Origin: Vitrella brassicaformis CCMP3155
Lineage: Eukaryota; Protista; Chromerida
NCBI GenBank assembly: GCA_001179505.1
Contig: CDMY01000255.1
Location: 434,001 to 498,000 of the forward strand
DNA: 64,000 bases
Reading direction: 5' to 3'
Shown: piece by piece, positions 24,301-35,900 of the stretch
Layout of the letters: every line of letters starts with the position of its first letter
Numbering within the stretch: the stretch's first letter is position 1
Program-made: the position numbers and the translations under genes
The notes under the pieces: model-generated
What the model saw: the letters and a program-made list of their open reading frames with translations, nothing else
Databases searched by the model: none
Told to the model about the DNA's origin: nothing

Positions 24301-25565
24301 GATATTCGCCATACACGGTGAGTGAGCCCAGCAAACGGCGCCAGAGATCCATCGGGACGAGTGTGTGTGTGTGTACCTGCAGGCGGCATAGGCGACAGCA
24401 TCGGTAGCGTTGACGACCTGCGGGACCTCCGCAAGCCCATCAACATACCCATACCATCCAATCTACACCGTAACTAACCACAACCGCCCCTACACACACA
24501 ACACCAAACCACATTCCGCACTTATTCGTCTCATTTGTCTGGTGCGCTAATGCAGCGGCGTCCCTGGAGCAGCGTCGCATCCTCGACGCCCTGTGGTCCG
24601 ACCCCACAGACAGCGAGGAGCACTTCGGCACGATCGCATCGCAGAGGTGAGCACAAGAAATTTATCCGGCCCTCGTCAACTCGTGCACCCATCTGGCTGA
24701 CAAAGTCCCCCCTGTGTGCATCTCGACAGAGGCAACAACACGTGTCGCTTCGGCCCCGATCGCGTGATGGACTTCTGCGAGCGAAACCAACTCAAAATGG
24801 TCATCAGGTCAGAGATATGGCCCCATTACACACACACACACACACACGAGAAGACACCTCGCTCAGTGAGTGGACACATAAGCATGTCGGTCACGAGGTG
24901 TGTTCAGGGCTCACGAGTGCGTCAAATACGGCTACGAGTGGTTCGCGAGAAACCGTCTGCTGACGGTCTTCTCGGCGTCCAACTACTGCAATGCATTCGC
25001 CAATGACGCTGCCGCCGTGAGTGAGGCAGCGAGGCACGGACGGATGGATGGATGGATGTCACACAGCACAGCCCCAGCAATCCCTCCCTCCCTCCCTCCC
25101 TCCCTGCAATGCTCTGCAGGTGGTGCTCCGCCGAGACGCCTCAACCGGCCGCATTAGCACCCTCTTTCAGGTATAGCTACCTACCTACCGTAGGTCGTGT
25201 CGGCCCTTGTGCATTGCCCTGTGGTTGCCTGCCTGCCTGCACGAACCAATGAATAGATGAAGGCACTGCACATCAGTCAATAATGAGTGGGTGAGTGCGT
25301 CTGGCAGGTGTTGTGGGGCGGTGCTGTTGACACGAGCAACGGCTGGCTGGGCAACCAGGCCAGGCCCCCCACACCGATGCGGGGCAGGCCAGGCCCGCCG
25401 CAGACAGAAGAGGACCACCACCATGCACATGCATATGGTCAGGGGGCCAGGATGATCAGTAAGGAAGGCGATCTGCCTCAGCCTGTCTGTCTGTCTGTCT
25501 CATGGGGGGGGGAGTGCACACCTCTCTCTCTCTCTGTGTGTGGTTCTTGTGTGCAGAGACAATGA
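21330..25565 (+). CDS. PPP-family Ser/Thr phosphatase with N-terminal EF-hands and a PPKL/BSU1-like catalytic domain (EFPP-like)
   Basis: EF loops DRNKDGQIS and DANLDGRLDKDE. Catalytic motifs GDIHG, GDYVDRG, RGNHE, HG|GIG, LWSDP, FGPDRV, R|AHE and FSASNYC. Tail RPPTPMRGRP. Confidence 0.9.
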
Positions 25566-25865
25566 ATGGCGCCTGAAGAGCCGCTTGGCTGGCTGGCTGG
25601 CAGGCTGCGTCGGTCGGTCGGTCGCTAGAGTGCACACATCACATGCCCGCGTGGCGTGGTGGACATGAGCAATGCTGGTGCCACCAGCTGCAGTTGTGTG
25701 TGCGTGTGACGACACCGACATGACTTGACATGGCTTCCGTGTGCATGTGTGTATGTTGCGTACACGATGTTGATAAGGTCCGCACACACACACAGTCCGA
25801 CCATCTATCTCATCTGACGACACCGCACTCAGTCCATCCCATTCAGTAAATAAGTCACTCACTAA

Positions 25866-28726
25866 TCAATTATCACTCCCCCGGGCAGTCGACGCAGATA
25901 TCTGAGACCAGGTCCGCCAGCAGTGAGGCCAGATAACCGTCCTTCTCCACACACCAGCACCCACACGCACCCCTGACACGTCAGAAGCGACACACAGCCA
26001 CACAGATACATACTCACACCACACCAATGAACGAACGCCATTTCCTCCTCTGCCTCTCTCGGTGTCGCTCAGCTCACCTGTGGCTCGGTGCATTGCTCGC
26101 CAGGCGGTCATCAAGCCGACGTCGGCTCAGCACCTCATTGCCAAGGTCCACCCCAGCGTTGCGCAGCGCCCGGACTCTCCCCTCCTCACTGCTTGCCACC
26201 AGCTCCTCACACGACGCTGCACCAGCAGCAGCAGCAGCATTGCCGTTGTCTCCCTGCAGATGTGCCGCCAGGGTCTGTTGGTCCAGCCGGCTCATGAGCT
26301 CCAGACAGGCCACGCCACACTCGTGCCGCTGCACCCACGGAAGCAGGTCCTGTGTGTGGGGCCTGAGTGCGGCCGTGATGATGGACGAGACAAGGGGGGA
26401 TTGCTCCATCAGGGAGAGCAGGGTCCTCGCGACGACATCGAGGGTCTCGGCCCGCACATCCAGCAACGGGGGGCGGCTGGACAATGGTGCTGGTGGTGGC
26501 CTCCGTCTGAGTGGGTGTGCTGGCTGTGTGAAGCACCGGGCCAGATCATCTGCCAGCTCCCGAACCGCTGCCTCATCCAGGCACTGGGCGAGTGCCATCG
26601 GAAGCGACTGCCAGAAGCGGCAGCACGCCACACAGGGGCTGCTCGCGCCGGCCTCCATCTCGCTGACGGGACAGAAGAGCGCCTTGGTCGCTCCCCGCAG
26701 GTCATTGCCACACTCCTGCATCACCACGTGGGGGTAGTGAGAGGCAATCACTGCCACCGTCCGCCACGCCATGGTGCATCTGTCGCCCTCCGCACGGGTG
26801 ACGCTGGCGTGGTCGTCGGTGTGAAGGTTGCTGGCGAGTGTGCGCACAAAGGCTGCGAGGGAGGGGGGCGGTGGGGTGTTGGTGCCGGGGGGGAGCAGGG
26901 CCATCAGCCTCGTGGTGAGGGTGAGCACGGAGCTGCCATGGTCGCTCAGAAGCTCCTTCACGCACCACGTCTCAGCCATGTCCGCCAGCAGCGCGTCGAG
27001 ACTCTCGACCTTGATAAGCACCCCAGTGTCTGTGTCCGCCGCAGCCCCCAGCACCGCCAAAAGGCCGGCCAGCCAGTCGCTCAGCGACAACTCACCGTCG
27101 TCTCCACCACCCTCCTCCAGCTCCAGAATGCTGATGCTGCTGCCTGAGCCGCAGGGCCGGCAGGGGTCACGTCCATCATCCCAGCAAGCGCCGATCTGCC
27201 TTCGGATGAAGTCGACGAGAGGGCCGCATGTCGGTGGCGATAGAAGGGGGAGGCAGTGGACGGCCAGCCGCAGGGAGAGGAAGGACATGGGCGCTGTGAG
27301 AGCGTCGCTATCTTGCTGCTGCATGGCGATCTCGTGCAGGGTGTGTCGGAGGTGCTGGTGCAGGGGGAAGGCCGATGAAGGCCCTGGTGGGTCGCTGCAC
27401 ACGGTGTGGGTCAGCTCTACCAGCGCGTCCACACCCTGAACAACACGCACCAAAACACATACATACATCGCTTCAGCCAGGCAGCCAGGCAGCCATGATC
27501 CATGATGCTTCTGTCTGTCTGTCTGTGCGTTCACTTCACCTGTTGCGTCCGTTGGCTCCACCACTGCTGCAGCACCAGCGGCACACGCAGTTCATCCACC
27601 TGCACACCGACACACACACGGATGCTGCCTGTCTGCTATCCGTGTGTTTGCTTGAGTAGAATATAAACACACCAAGCTGACAGCGTAGCTATGCTGTGTC
27701 TTGGCCCACTCGTCCACATCCACGGTGCCGCCCACACGTGCCTCGAGAGCCAGGGCAGAACATATCAGGGCCAGAGTGCCCTCCATGCCCATGCCACACT
27801 CATGATCCTTCAGACGCAGCGGCAGCGGTGTCTGAGAGGCCGCCAGCAGGCCAGTCAACATTCGAGCGGCGTCCCAACGCACCTTGTGAGGCGTTCTGCA
27901 GGCACACAGCACAGGAGGGCACACAGACAGACATTTGATGGATGGATGGATGGTTTGGGGTGTAGAGAGGCGGCATGGATGGATGGGTACCTTTGGGCAT
28001 TCAGCAATGAAACAAGCCCATTTATCCACTGATCTCTGCGCGAGGGTGATTCCCGCATGGCGGCCATGATGATCTTGCGGCCAGTCGTGTGCCGAAGAAG
28101 GCCGTCGAGGAGGGGCAGGTACGCCGGCATACTCTCAAACTCCTGCACACACACACACACACACTTGACTGATGCATCTGCCGCGTATCGTATCTGTGCT
28201 TATCCTTCTGCAGATCTCACCTGCCTTTCCATGACGTCTGGACGGGACACACAGTCCACCATAGCAGTCAGATCTCCGTCAGCAGCCCCACCGCCTTTGT
28301 TCGTCTCACACACAGCCGCCACCAGAGCTCCCATCATCACGGCCGCGAAGCTCACGACGAGTGCAGGAGTCGAGGAGGGCTCCAGCACCCATCTCGACAA
28401 AATCATCCACAGCGACTTGAGCTGTGTATGGTGCAGCGCATGTCGGTGTGAGTCGATGTACTCGGCCAGCCACTGTGGGAGGGCCTCGCCTGACTCGCTC
28501 TGCAGCAGCCGGGCCGCCCTGCCCTTGGAACCGTCCAGCTGCCTCAGGAATGCGCCAAGGACCTGCAGACATGACATGTACGTGTCTGTGTGAAGCACAT
28601 TGGCATCCACAGAGAGATTTGCGGACGGATCTACCTACCCACCTGGAGGTTGACATCTTGCAGCGTTTTGGCTTTCTTGACGCATGTGCTCCGCTCCCGC
28701 ATCTTCTCAAACACACGACGTCCCAT
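25866..28726 (-). CDS. Hypothetical Leu/Ala-rich helical (ARM/HEAT-like) protein; 3' end approximate
   Basis: Phase-consistent start MGRRVFEKMRERSTCVKKAKTLQDVNLQ|VLGAFLRQLDG.. Further exons and a ~1.3 kb exon (ORF 26074-27564) have helical composition. No family recognised. Confidence 0.6.
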
Positions 28727-29013
28727 TTTCCCCTGGGATTCCTCGCCCTTTTTGAGCTGCGGCAGGCAGCTGTTTCAGGGAGCACCCTAGGCGGCCTGAC
28801 GGTTTGAGCTTGCGGTTCCGGAAGGTGAGAGAGCAAACAACAAACGGCGACGGAGAGAGAGGCTGTGGCCTTGCGCTACTGCTGCTGGGCTGCCGCATCC
28901 ACGCCCGCAGAAGAGCTGCGCTTGCAAGCTATCATCGACCCCTGCAGATCTTGGGCCCATTCCGACGTTGCAGCCGTTCCTGTGTCCCTCCACCTCTCTG
29001 TGTGCCACTCACT

Positions 29014-30514
29014 ATGAGTGTACGGCTGCTGCTTCCGTTGGTCGGTTCTCTTCTGCTGCGGCAGGCGGCTGCCCATGCAGGCCATCTACACGCGGGAGGC
29101 TCGGAAGAGGGAGAGACCTTCGGGCTGGGGTCTGCAGCAGCAGCAGCAGCAGCAGGGAGTGGGGGTGGTGGTGGTGCGCAGCTGCAACAGGAACAGATGA
29201 CTCAGCCGTGGTACGGCTTGGCTTTTGGGGTGGTGGTAGTGTCGGCCTTGTCGCATCTCGTTGGCCTGCTCTTTGTCTTCGTCCCGCACATCCGACAGGT
29301 GGGCAGTGGGGAGGGAGGAAACATGGATACGGGTGGATTGGCTCAACTGACATGGATACGGGCGGATTGGCTCAACTGACAGTGATGCAAGTGTTTGTGT
29401 TGTGTATGCAGGCCTACTTTGACAAGTCTCGGGCGTCGTCGGCGGCAATCTGCTGCCTCCTGGGCGGCTGTGGGGGCATATTGCTGCAGCTGGGCATTAC
29501 CCTCTTCGCCGACTCCAGCTCCATCTTCGATAAGGCCGTCAGCAGCAACGGCAGCGCCTTCGCCACCTTGTCCTTCTTCGCCGGCATGGCTGTGGTCGCC
29601 CTCTGTGACGTGATAGTGCTCTGCTTCACTGCGAGGAGGCGGGGCTCTCAGCAGCGAAGGAGGGCTCAGGAGGCCGGGGAGGGGTACAAGCCCACCGCTT
29701 CCATCTCTAGGGATGTGACGACGGCCAACGGTTGCAGCAACGACGGACCGTCATGCCCTGGTGTGCCGATGAAGGACCGACTGCAACCGGGGAGCAACGG
29801 TGATGTGGAGACGGGCAGGAATGATGCAGCAGCAGCAGCAGACGAAGAGGGCTTCTCAGCCGTGCCGACGATGGAGGCGAGGACCGATGTGACAACAGAT
29901 GGGTCGGTCACGCCGCCAGCCAAGGCGGCGAGTGACGGTGCCATTGACCGCCTCGCTCGAGCGGGCATCATCGCCAGCATCTCGGTGGCCTTGCACAACC
30001 TTGCAGAGGTCAGTCAGCTCAGCCACAGCCGTGTCCTTCATGGCGATGCTCTGATGCATCTGTGTGTACTTGTGTGGCCATACAGGGCATAGCGGTGTTC
30101 CTGTCAACGGCGCTCTCCCCGTCGCTAGGGGCTGCCCTGGCCGTCGGCATGATCATCCACAACGTTCTGGAAGGCTTTGCAGTGGCGGCCCCCATCTACG
30201 TGTCGTCAGGTCTCCGCAAGGCCCTCCTGGTCAGCACCGTGCCCGTCGTCACGGAGATCGCGGCCGCCGCGATTGCCTACGGCGTGCTCATGGCCCTGGG
30301 AGCGGACGTGCAGGTGCCTCTGAGTCTGTACGGCGCCCTGTTTGCGATTGCTGCGGGGATGCTGGCGTACATCGCTCTTGCGCACATGCTGCCAGCGTCC
30401 CTGAAGCTGGCCAACTCGGCGGGCGCGAGGGAGAGTGCCGAGAGGTGGTGCATCGGGGGCCTGATAGTGGGGATGCTTGCGCTGTCACTGGTGGTGCTCG
30501 CCATCGACAGCTAG
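29014..30514 (+). CDS. ZIP (ZupT/GufA-like) divalent metal transporter with a signal-peptide-like N-terminus
   Basis: 3 exons. TM4 VALHNLAE|G and TM5 IIHNVLEGFAVAAP, plus AIAAGMLAYIAL. His-containing N-terminus (AHAGHLHAG) and a long variable loop. Confidence 0.85.
29321..29378 (+). repeat. 29-bp tandem duplication in ZIP intron 1
   Basis: acatggatacgggYggattggctcaactg x2, with 1 mismatch. Confidence 0.9.
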
Positions 30515-30519
30515 ATAAA

Positions 30520-32712
30520 CAGCGGTCGGAGAGAGGCGTGGCTTGTCTAAGACACTGAGTGTATTGCGTGTGGGTGGGTGGCTGCGTGGATGGGATGGGG
30601 CGATCTGTATGTGTCGTTTGTCAAGTGAGACCGTGACTGACTTGACAGAGTCGGCCGGGGCGGGGCCTGTCTGTATGTCGGTCTGCCTGTCTGTGTGTCT
30701 GTGTGTATGCCTGTGTGTCTGTATGTCTGTATGTATGCCTGTCTGCGCGGACTCTCATTCATCTGCATCGTACGTATCGCTATGTATCGCTTCTTAATTG
30801 CTTCTTCCATCCACTGGGGCGTCTCGTTTTTGGTTCTTCCTTCGTGTGATGATGATGGGTGTGGTGTGTGTCGAGCGACCGACACACTGGGGGCTGAGCG
30901 TTGGCCGTCGGAACGGCATTGCGGGGCGCGGTGATGCCACCGAGATATTGGTGTGTGTGAATGGTTGGTTGCGTTTTGGCTGCGTGTGTGTGGGGCGGGC
31001 TGGGCTGGGCTGGTGAGACAGACGGTCGGTCGTATGTGTTCATTCGCATCTGAGCGGATCGGATGGACAGACAGTACAAAGATATTTATTTATTTATCGT
31101 TCGTATGAACGTACCTACAGCATTGCACTCATGGGATGGAGTGTGTAATCATCGCCACAACCAATCCACTCCAATCGATGTCCAGTTGTCTGTCCATTTA
31201 CTTACAGATAAAGTTGGCTACCTAGTCCCCTCCCTCCCTCTACACCCACCCACAACACCCCCAGCTAGCTACACTACCGCCTTACCGCCTGCGTGCCTCC
31301 TCTGCTGCCTACCTGCAGTGCCTGCCTCGCTAACACGATGTCCAAAATCGGCACGGCTTCGCTCACTCTACTCCGCTGACTCGACTGACTGCTATGACTT
31401 TTCTACGCGAGAAGACCACTTCCTCCCTCACCAATGGCTGGTTGGTTACCCATGTGTTTGTTGTACAGGACTCCTTGGCGGACACCACACACACCACAGA
31501 CACGCAAGCGCCCCTCACTCAACTCACCACAGCCGACACGCCGGGAACAGCATGCAAAACGGGCAGAGGGACGGGACGGGACGGGCGGATGGATGCGATG
31601 CGATGCGATTCACACACATGGATGGATGGATGGATCAACGGGTGTGTATGGTATGAAGGAAGGCACGACTCAATGAATGAATGAATCTAGATAGGTGCGG
31701 GATTTCTCAAATCGACGGGAGAAAGCACGAGAAGAAAGGCATCAGTAAAAATGCCACACACACACACGAACACACACATTCACACACAGAGGGAGAGAGA
31801 GAGTCTCTTGTTATGCATCATTACGTACGTACGTATCGGTGTGTGTATGTCAAGTACCAATTCCCCTCCCCCCCCCCCCCAACATGTTTGGGAGGGTCGG
31901 TCGGGACGCAGAGCGACAGCATCACGTCGGCTCGGCCCGCACGACAAAAAGCATCAAGCAGGGTCGCAAAGTGAGCCAACCCACTGTCCTGTCCTGTCTT
32001 TCCTGTCTTGTCAGTCGACTGTGTGTATGTCTACTGTACGCCGGTGTGTCTGTCTGCCTAGAGGAAAACCCGCCGACCCCGCCAACCTCCTTGCCTATAT
32101 CTGTTTGTAGTAGTACACTTCATTCGGGACACTCACATACATACAATGATGGATGGTCCTGCCTGCCTGCGCTATGTAATCAATGCCGTGCTGTGCGCGA
32201 CGTAAGAGCTGCCCGCATGACGGCCTCAAAACTGCAGACCAACTCACTCAGTCAATCAGTCAGTCACTCAGTCAGTCACGTACGTTGTGCTACATCCCTC
32301 GCCCACCCCACCACGGAACTCACCCCCCTTACAAGAAACGGCTTCCCGCTTGTTCCATCAAGATAGATAAATAGATAGATAGTCGGCCAACAGCGTCCGT
32401 CCGTCACGTACGCGTGGATCGGATCCACACACACATACATTCTCACCGTACGTACCGTCCATAGAAAACCATTGCATGACATGACATGCAACCAGGTAGA
32501 TAGAGAAATAGAGACAGAATAGGGTAGGATGGATAGGATTGTGTGTATGGTATGGTACACTCACTGATCATCCGTCTGAGAGTGGCGCAAGCAGGCAATC
32601 AATCACGGGGCGGGCCAGGGCAGATGGAGAGTCCCTAGCCAGCTTAAATCTCCCTACCGTCTGCGATCTCATTTCTACGTCCTCCCTGCCGCCCAATAAA
32701 TAGCCATGACGT

Positions 32713-32748
<36 letters not shown>

Positions 32749-32990
32749 TACGCATTTGTATGTATAACCCTTCCTACCGCCCCTCCCGATTCCCGCAGAT
32801 CCCTCCCGCCCTCCACTGCTAACCTCCTGTAATGCTACCACACGCACTCACGCCACCTAGACCCCTCCCGCCCTCCCCCTCCCAGACAGACAGACAGACA
32901 GACAGAACGGCCGCCGCAGAACGCCAAAAAAGTCGTGTCAGGCCAGGTGGTTGAGTGTCTATACTCCATTCATTCATCATGGATGTGTCA
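30520..32990. repeat. Intergenic region between convergent genes, rich in microsatellites ((CA)n, (GGAT)n, (GACA)n, (TAGA)n)
   Basis: Direct reading; no protein-like ORF. Confidence 0.65.
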
Positions 32991-32991
32991 G

Positions 32992-35900
32992 TCAGGGGAC
33001 TAGATAGGGGCCCTCAAATGCTCGCCGCACTTTGCTGAACGCCGACGCCGCATAGAAAATCTGGACGTACACGCAAAGCAAAGCGCCAACTAATGCGCGC
33101 GTCCTTCCTCGCCCCCTGGTCTTTGTGTCCGATAGATACGTACCTCTGCGAGTTGAGTGTTTGAGTTGACCACGTCGAATAGCAGTGGCAGCAGCCCCTT
33201 GCTGACTACCTCCACCTGCCGACACAGCAGCTCCTCCTTCATGCTCAACACCTCCATTGTCAGACCACTGTCACTGTCTCCGTCGCCCATGGCCCGCGGC
33301 GATCTTCCCAGGTCGGCCAGCACGGCCTGCAGGTCCGCCTGGGCACTACTCATACAAATCTCCCACCACCGGCTGCGCAGCTTGCGCACAAAACGGAGAA
33401 AGTCTCTCAGGTGGGGGCCGAAGGTTGTCGTCGTGGAGGCCTTCTTGGCTGTCTTCTGGCTCTGGATGAAGAGCACGGTGCGGTAGAGGTGCTGGCTCAC
33501 CACCTGCCGCCAGTCGAGGGGCATGACGCCACCCCCGCCGTCACAGCTGTCGTCCACTCGCTCCCGCACTTGCCGCAGCACGTCGCTTTGTGGCCTCGCC
33601 GCCCGCCCAGCACTGGACGCACTGGACGCCGTCGCTGATGTGGCAGCCATGTCTTTGTAGAGGACGGTGTAGACATACTCGAGGCAGTCCAGCCGCGTGA
33701 CACAGGGCCAGAAAAGGGGATGGTGCCGGCAGAGCTCGACAGGTGGTACAGCTCCGCTCCTCCGCCGCTTTTGCGTGTCGAGTTTGGGGGATGCGACGGT
33801 GCTGTGGTAGACGGCGTCAGGGGCCACCATGATATCGGTGGGTGAGCGGGACATGGTGAAGCCGCCAGCGGACACGGGTGAGGCCGTCGAGTGGTGGAGG
33901 AAGAGGCCGGTGCCAAGGGGAGTGGTGGCGCCCGTGCCGCTCTGCATGTCCATCGGGCCCGCCATGTCTGATAGATGTGTGAAGGGCGGGAGGCCGAGCA
34001 GCACCGCAATCAGCTGGTAGGCGAGCGGGCTGTACTCCCCGATGCACCGCAGCACCAGCCACGAGGGCCCCCCGTCTTCTGCGGTCCGCGCCAGAGCATC
34101 GACGGTGATGCGGCCACCCCCAGTCAGGCAGTAGACGAGCAGACACCCCAGCTGCTCTGCCGTGGAGGATGGCCATTCGTCTTTCGCCTCGTCGAGTGAG
34201 AAGATGTCCAGTCGCGGGCTGAGGGCAGCATCGCCGTTGCCGTCTACTGTTGCTGCGGCCATAAGGACGTTGTCGATGGTCATGGACCTCTGCAGTCGCT
34301 TCACCACCCCCTCCCACTCCTCATTCCTGAATGCCTCTCTCGTGGCCTCCCGCCGCAGACACTCCACCTCGCATGCCATGTCCATCAGGTCAGCCAGGAG
34401 GCTTCTGGTGTGTGGTGTGAGCTTCATGAGGCCCCTCACGCCGGCCTCCGCACACGCCCGTCTGAGTGAGGGGGGCAGTGCTGCTGCCGTCCTCTGGCGG
34501 CCGAGTGTTGGCGACTCTGCCCATGCACCGGTGCTGGTTGCCGGCGCAGATGAGTGAAGCTCGTCGGCTGGATGCTGCTGGAAGTGGTTGTCATGGCTGG
34601 CGGATTCAGGGCAAGGGAGTCCATCGCGGTCGATGTGCCACTCCCACAGGGCGTCGCAAAAGCACGTGAGCTTAGAGCCCTCGGGAGGCCCCCGGCAGCC
34701 CTCGATGAGGGTCTGGAGTGATGCCCGTGGAGGCGGGGTGAGACACAGCATGAGGGATGAATCGGGCGTCGGGCAGCTGGCAAGGTCCGTCGCTCTGCCT
34801 TGTGGCAGAACGGATGACGACGCCACTCGTGGGGCGATGGACGGGTGGAAGGACAGAGACACACATCGCAACGTGTGCCGGCCGTCCAACACCTGCTGCT
34901 GGCAGTGGAGTGAGTAGAGCTTGAGGAGGTCCTCTCCGAGCTGATAGTCTGCCAGTGCCCCGACTCGCACCGCACAGGGGACGCCCACCGTGGCGCGCCC
35001 GATGCCGCAGGGCAGCTCCACTTGCCCGAGGTGAAAGCCGTCCTTGAGATAGCGGACCCGGGACACTTGGACGCAGCTCGTTGAGGATGAATCTGTGCGG
35101 CAAGGAAACAAATAGAAATGGATATATCTCTCTCTTGTCCATGTCCATGCATACCTTGTTGGCCTGGACTGACAGTGTATCTCTCCTCCGCCCATGAACC
35201 GCTCGCCCCTTCCACCGCTCCCATCAGCGGTGGCCTAGGTGGCGTGGCCTCAGTCTCCTCCCGCGCGGCATAGCCACGTGCAGACGAGGGCGTGGAGAAC
35301 GACGACGTCGACGTGCCGAGCCGCATGCCCATCGACCCGGATGCGGGCCCCATCCACTGCACCGTCTGGGCGCTGTCGAACCCCTCCACAGTCCCAACTG
35401 ATGACGATCGTGGAAAAAGAGATGGCGATGAGTCTTCAGCACGATCCGAATCAGCCGCAGGTGATATGGCTGGGGACGCAATGACGAGTCGCAGCGGCTG
35501 CGGACGGCGTGTCGGGTGGACGTGGTGCGAGAGGAATGCTGCCGCCTCTTCACAGAGGTCGGCGGGACGTAGCCGCGCCCTCACTCGACGCGTCTTGTCC
35601 GCGCAGCTACCGATGAAGCCCTCATCCTCAGTCGGCTCCCACGTCATATCCACGCCGCCCTTCTGGCTTGCGGAGCTGCTGCCAGCGTCCACGCGCAGGA
35701 TGGCCGTCTTCCACGTGTCGAGGACCGACTTGCCCGGCAGATTGGTCGCGGCCTGCCAGCTGGGAAGAAATGACGCCATGGCTTTCGGCACAGACGGCGG
35801 CAGGGCGGCCGACAGGTTACTGAGGCTCTCCGAAACACAGACGTGGATGATGAAGAGGCTCCGGTCGTCCAGGCCGTCAAGCTGACATACAAACCACCCA

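Noticed and set aside
26062-27147. 361-aa plus-strand ORF
   Set aside because: Antisense shadow of the GC-rich minus-strand exon 26074-27564; no splice signals or protein-like features.
31063-32564. Plus- and minus-strand ORFs in the ZIP to CCCH-KEN intergenic region
   Set aside because: Translations are dominated by microsatellite-derived H/T/W/M/D/G repeats.
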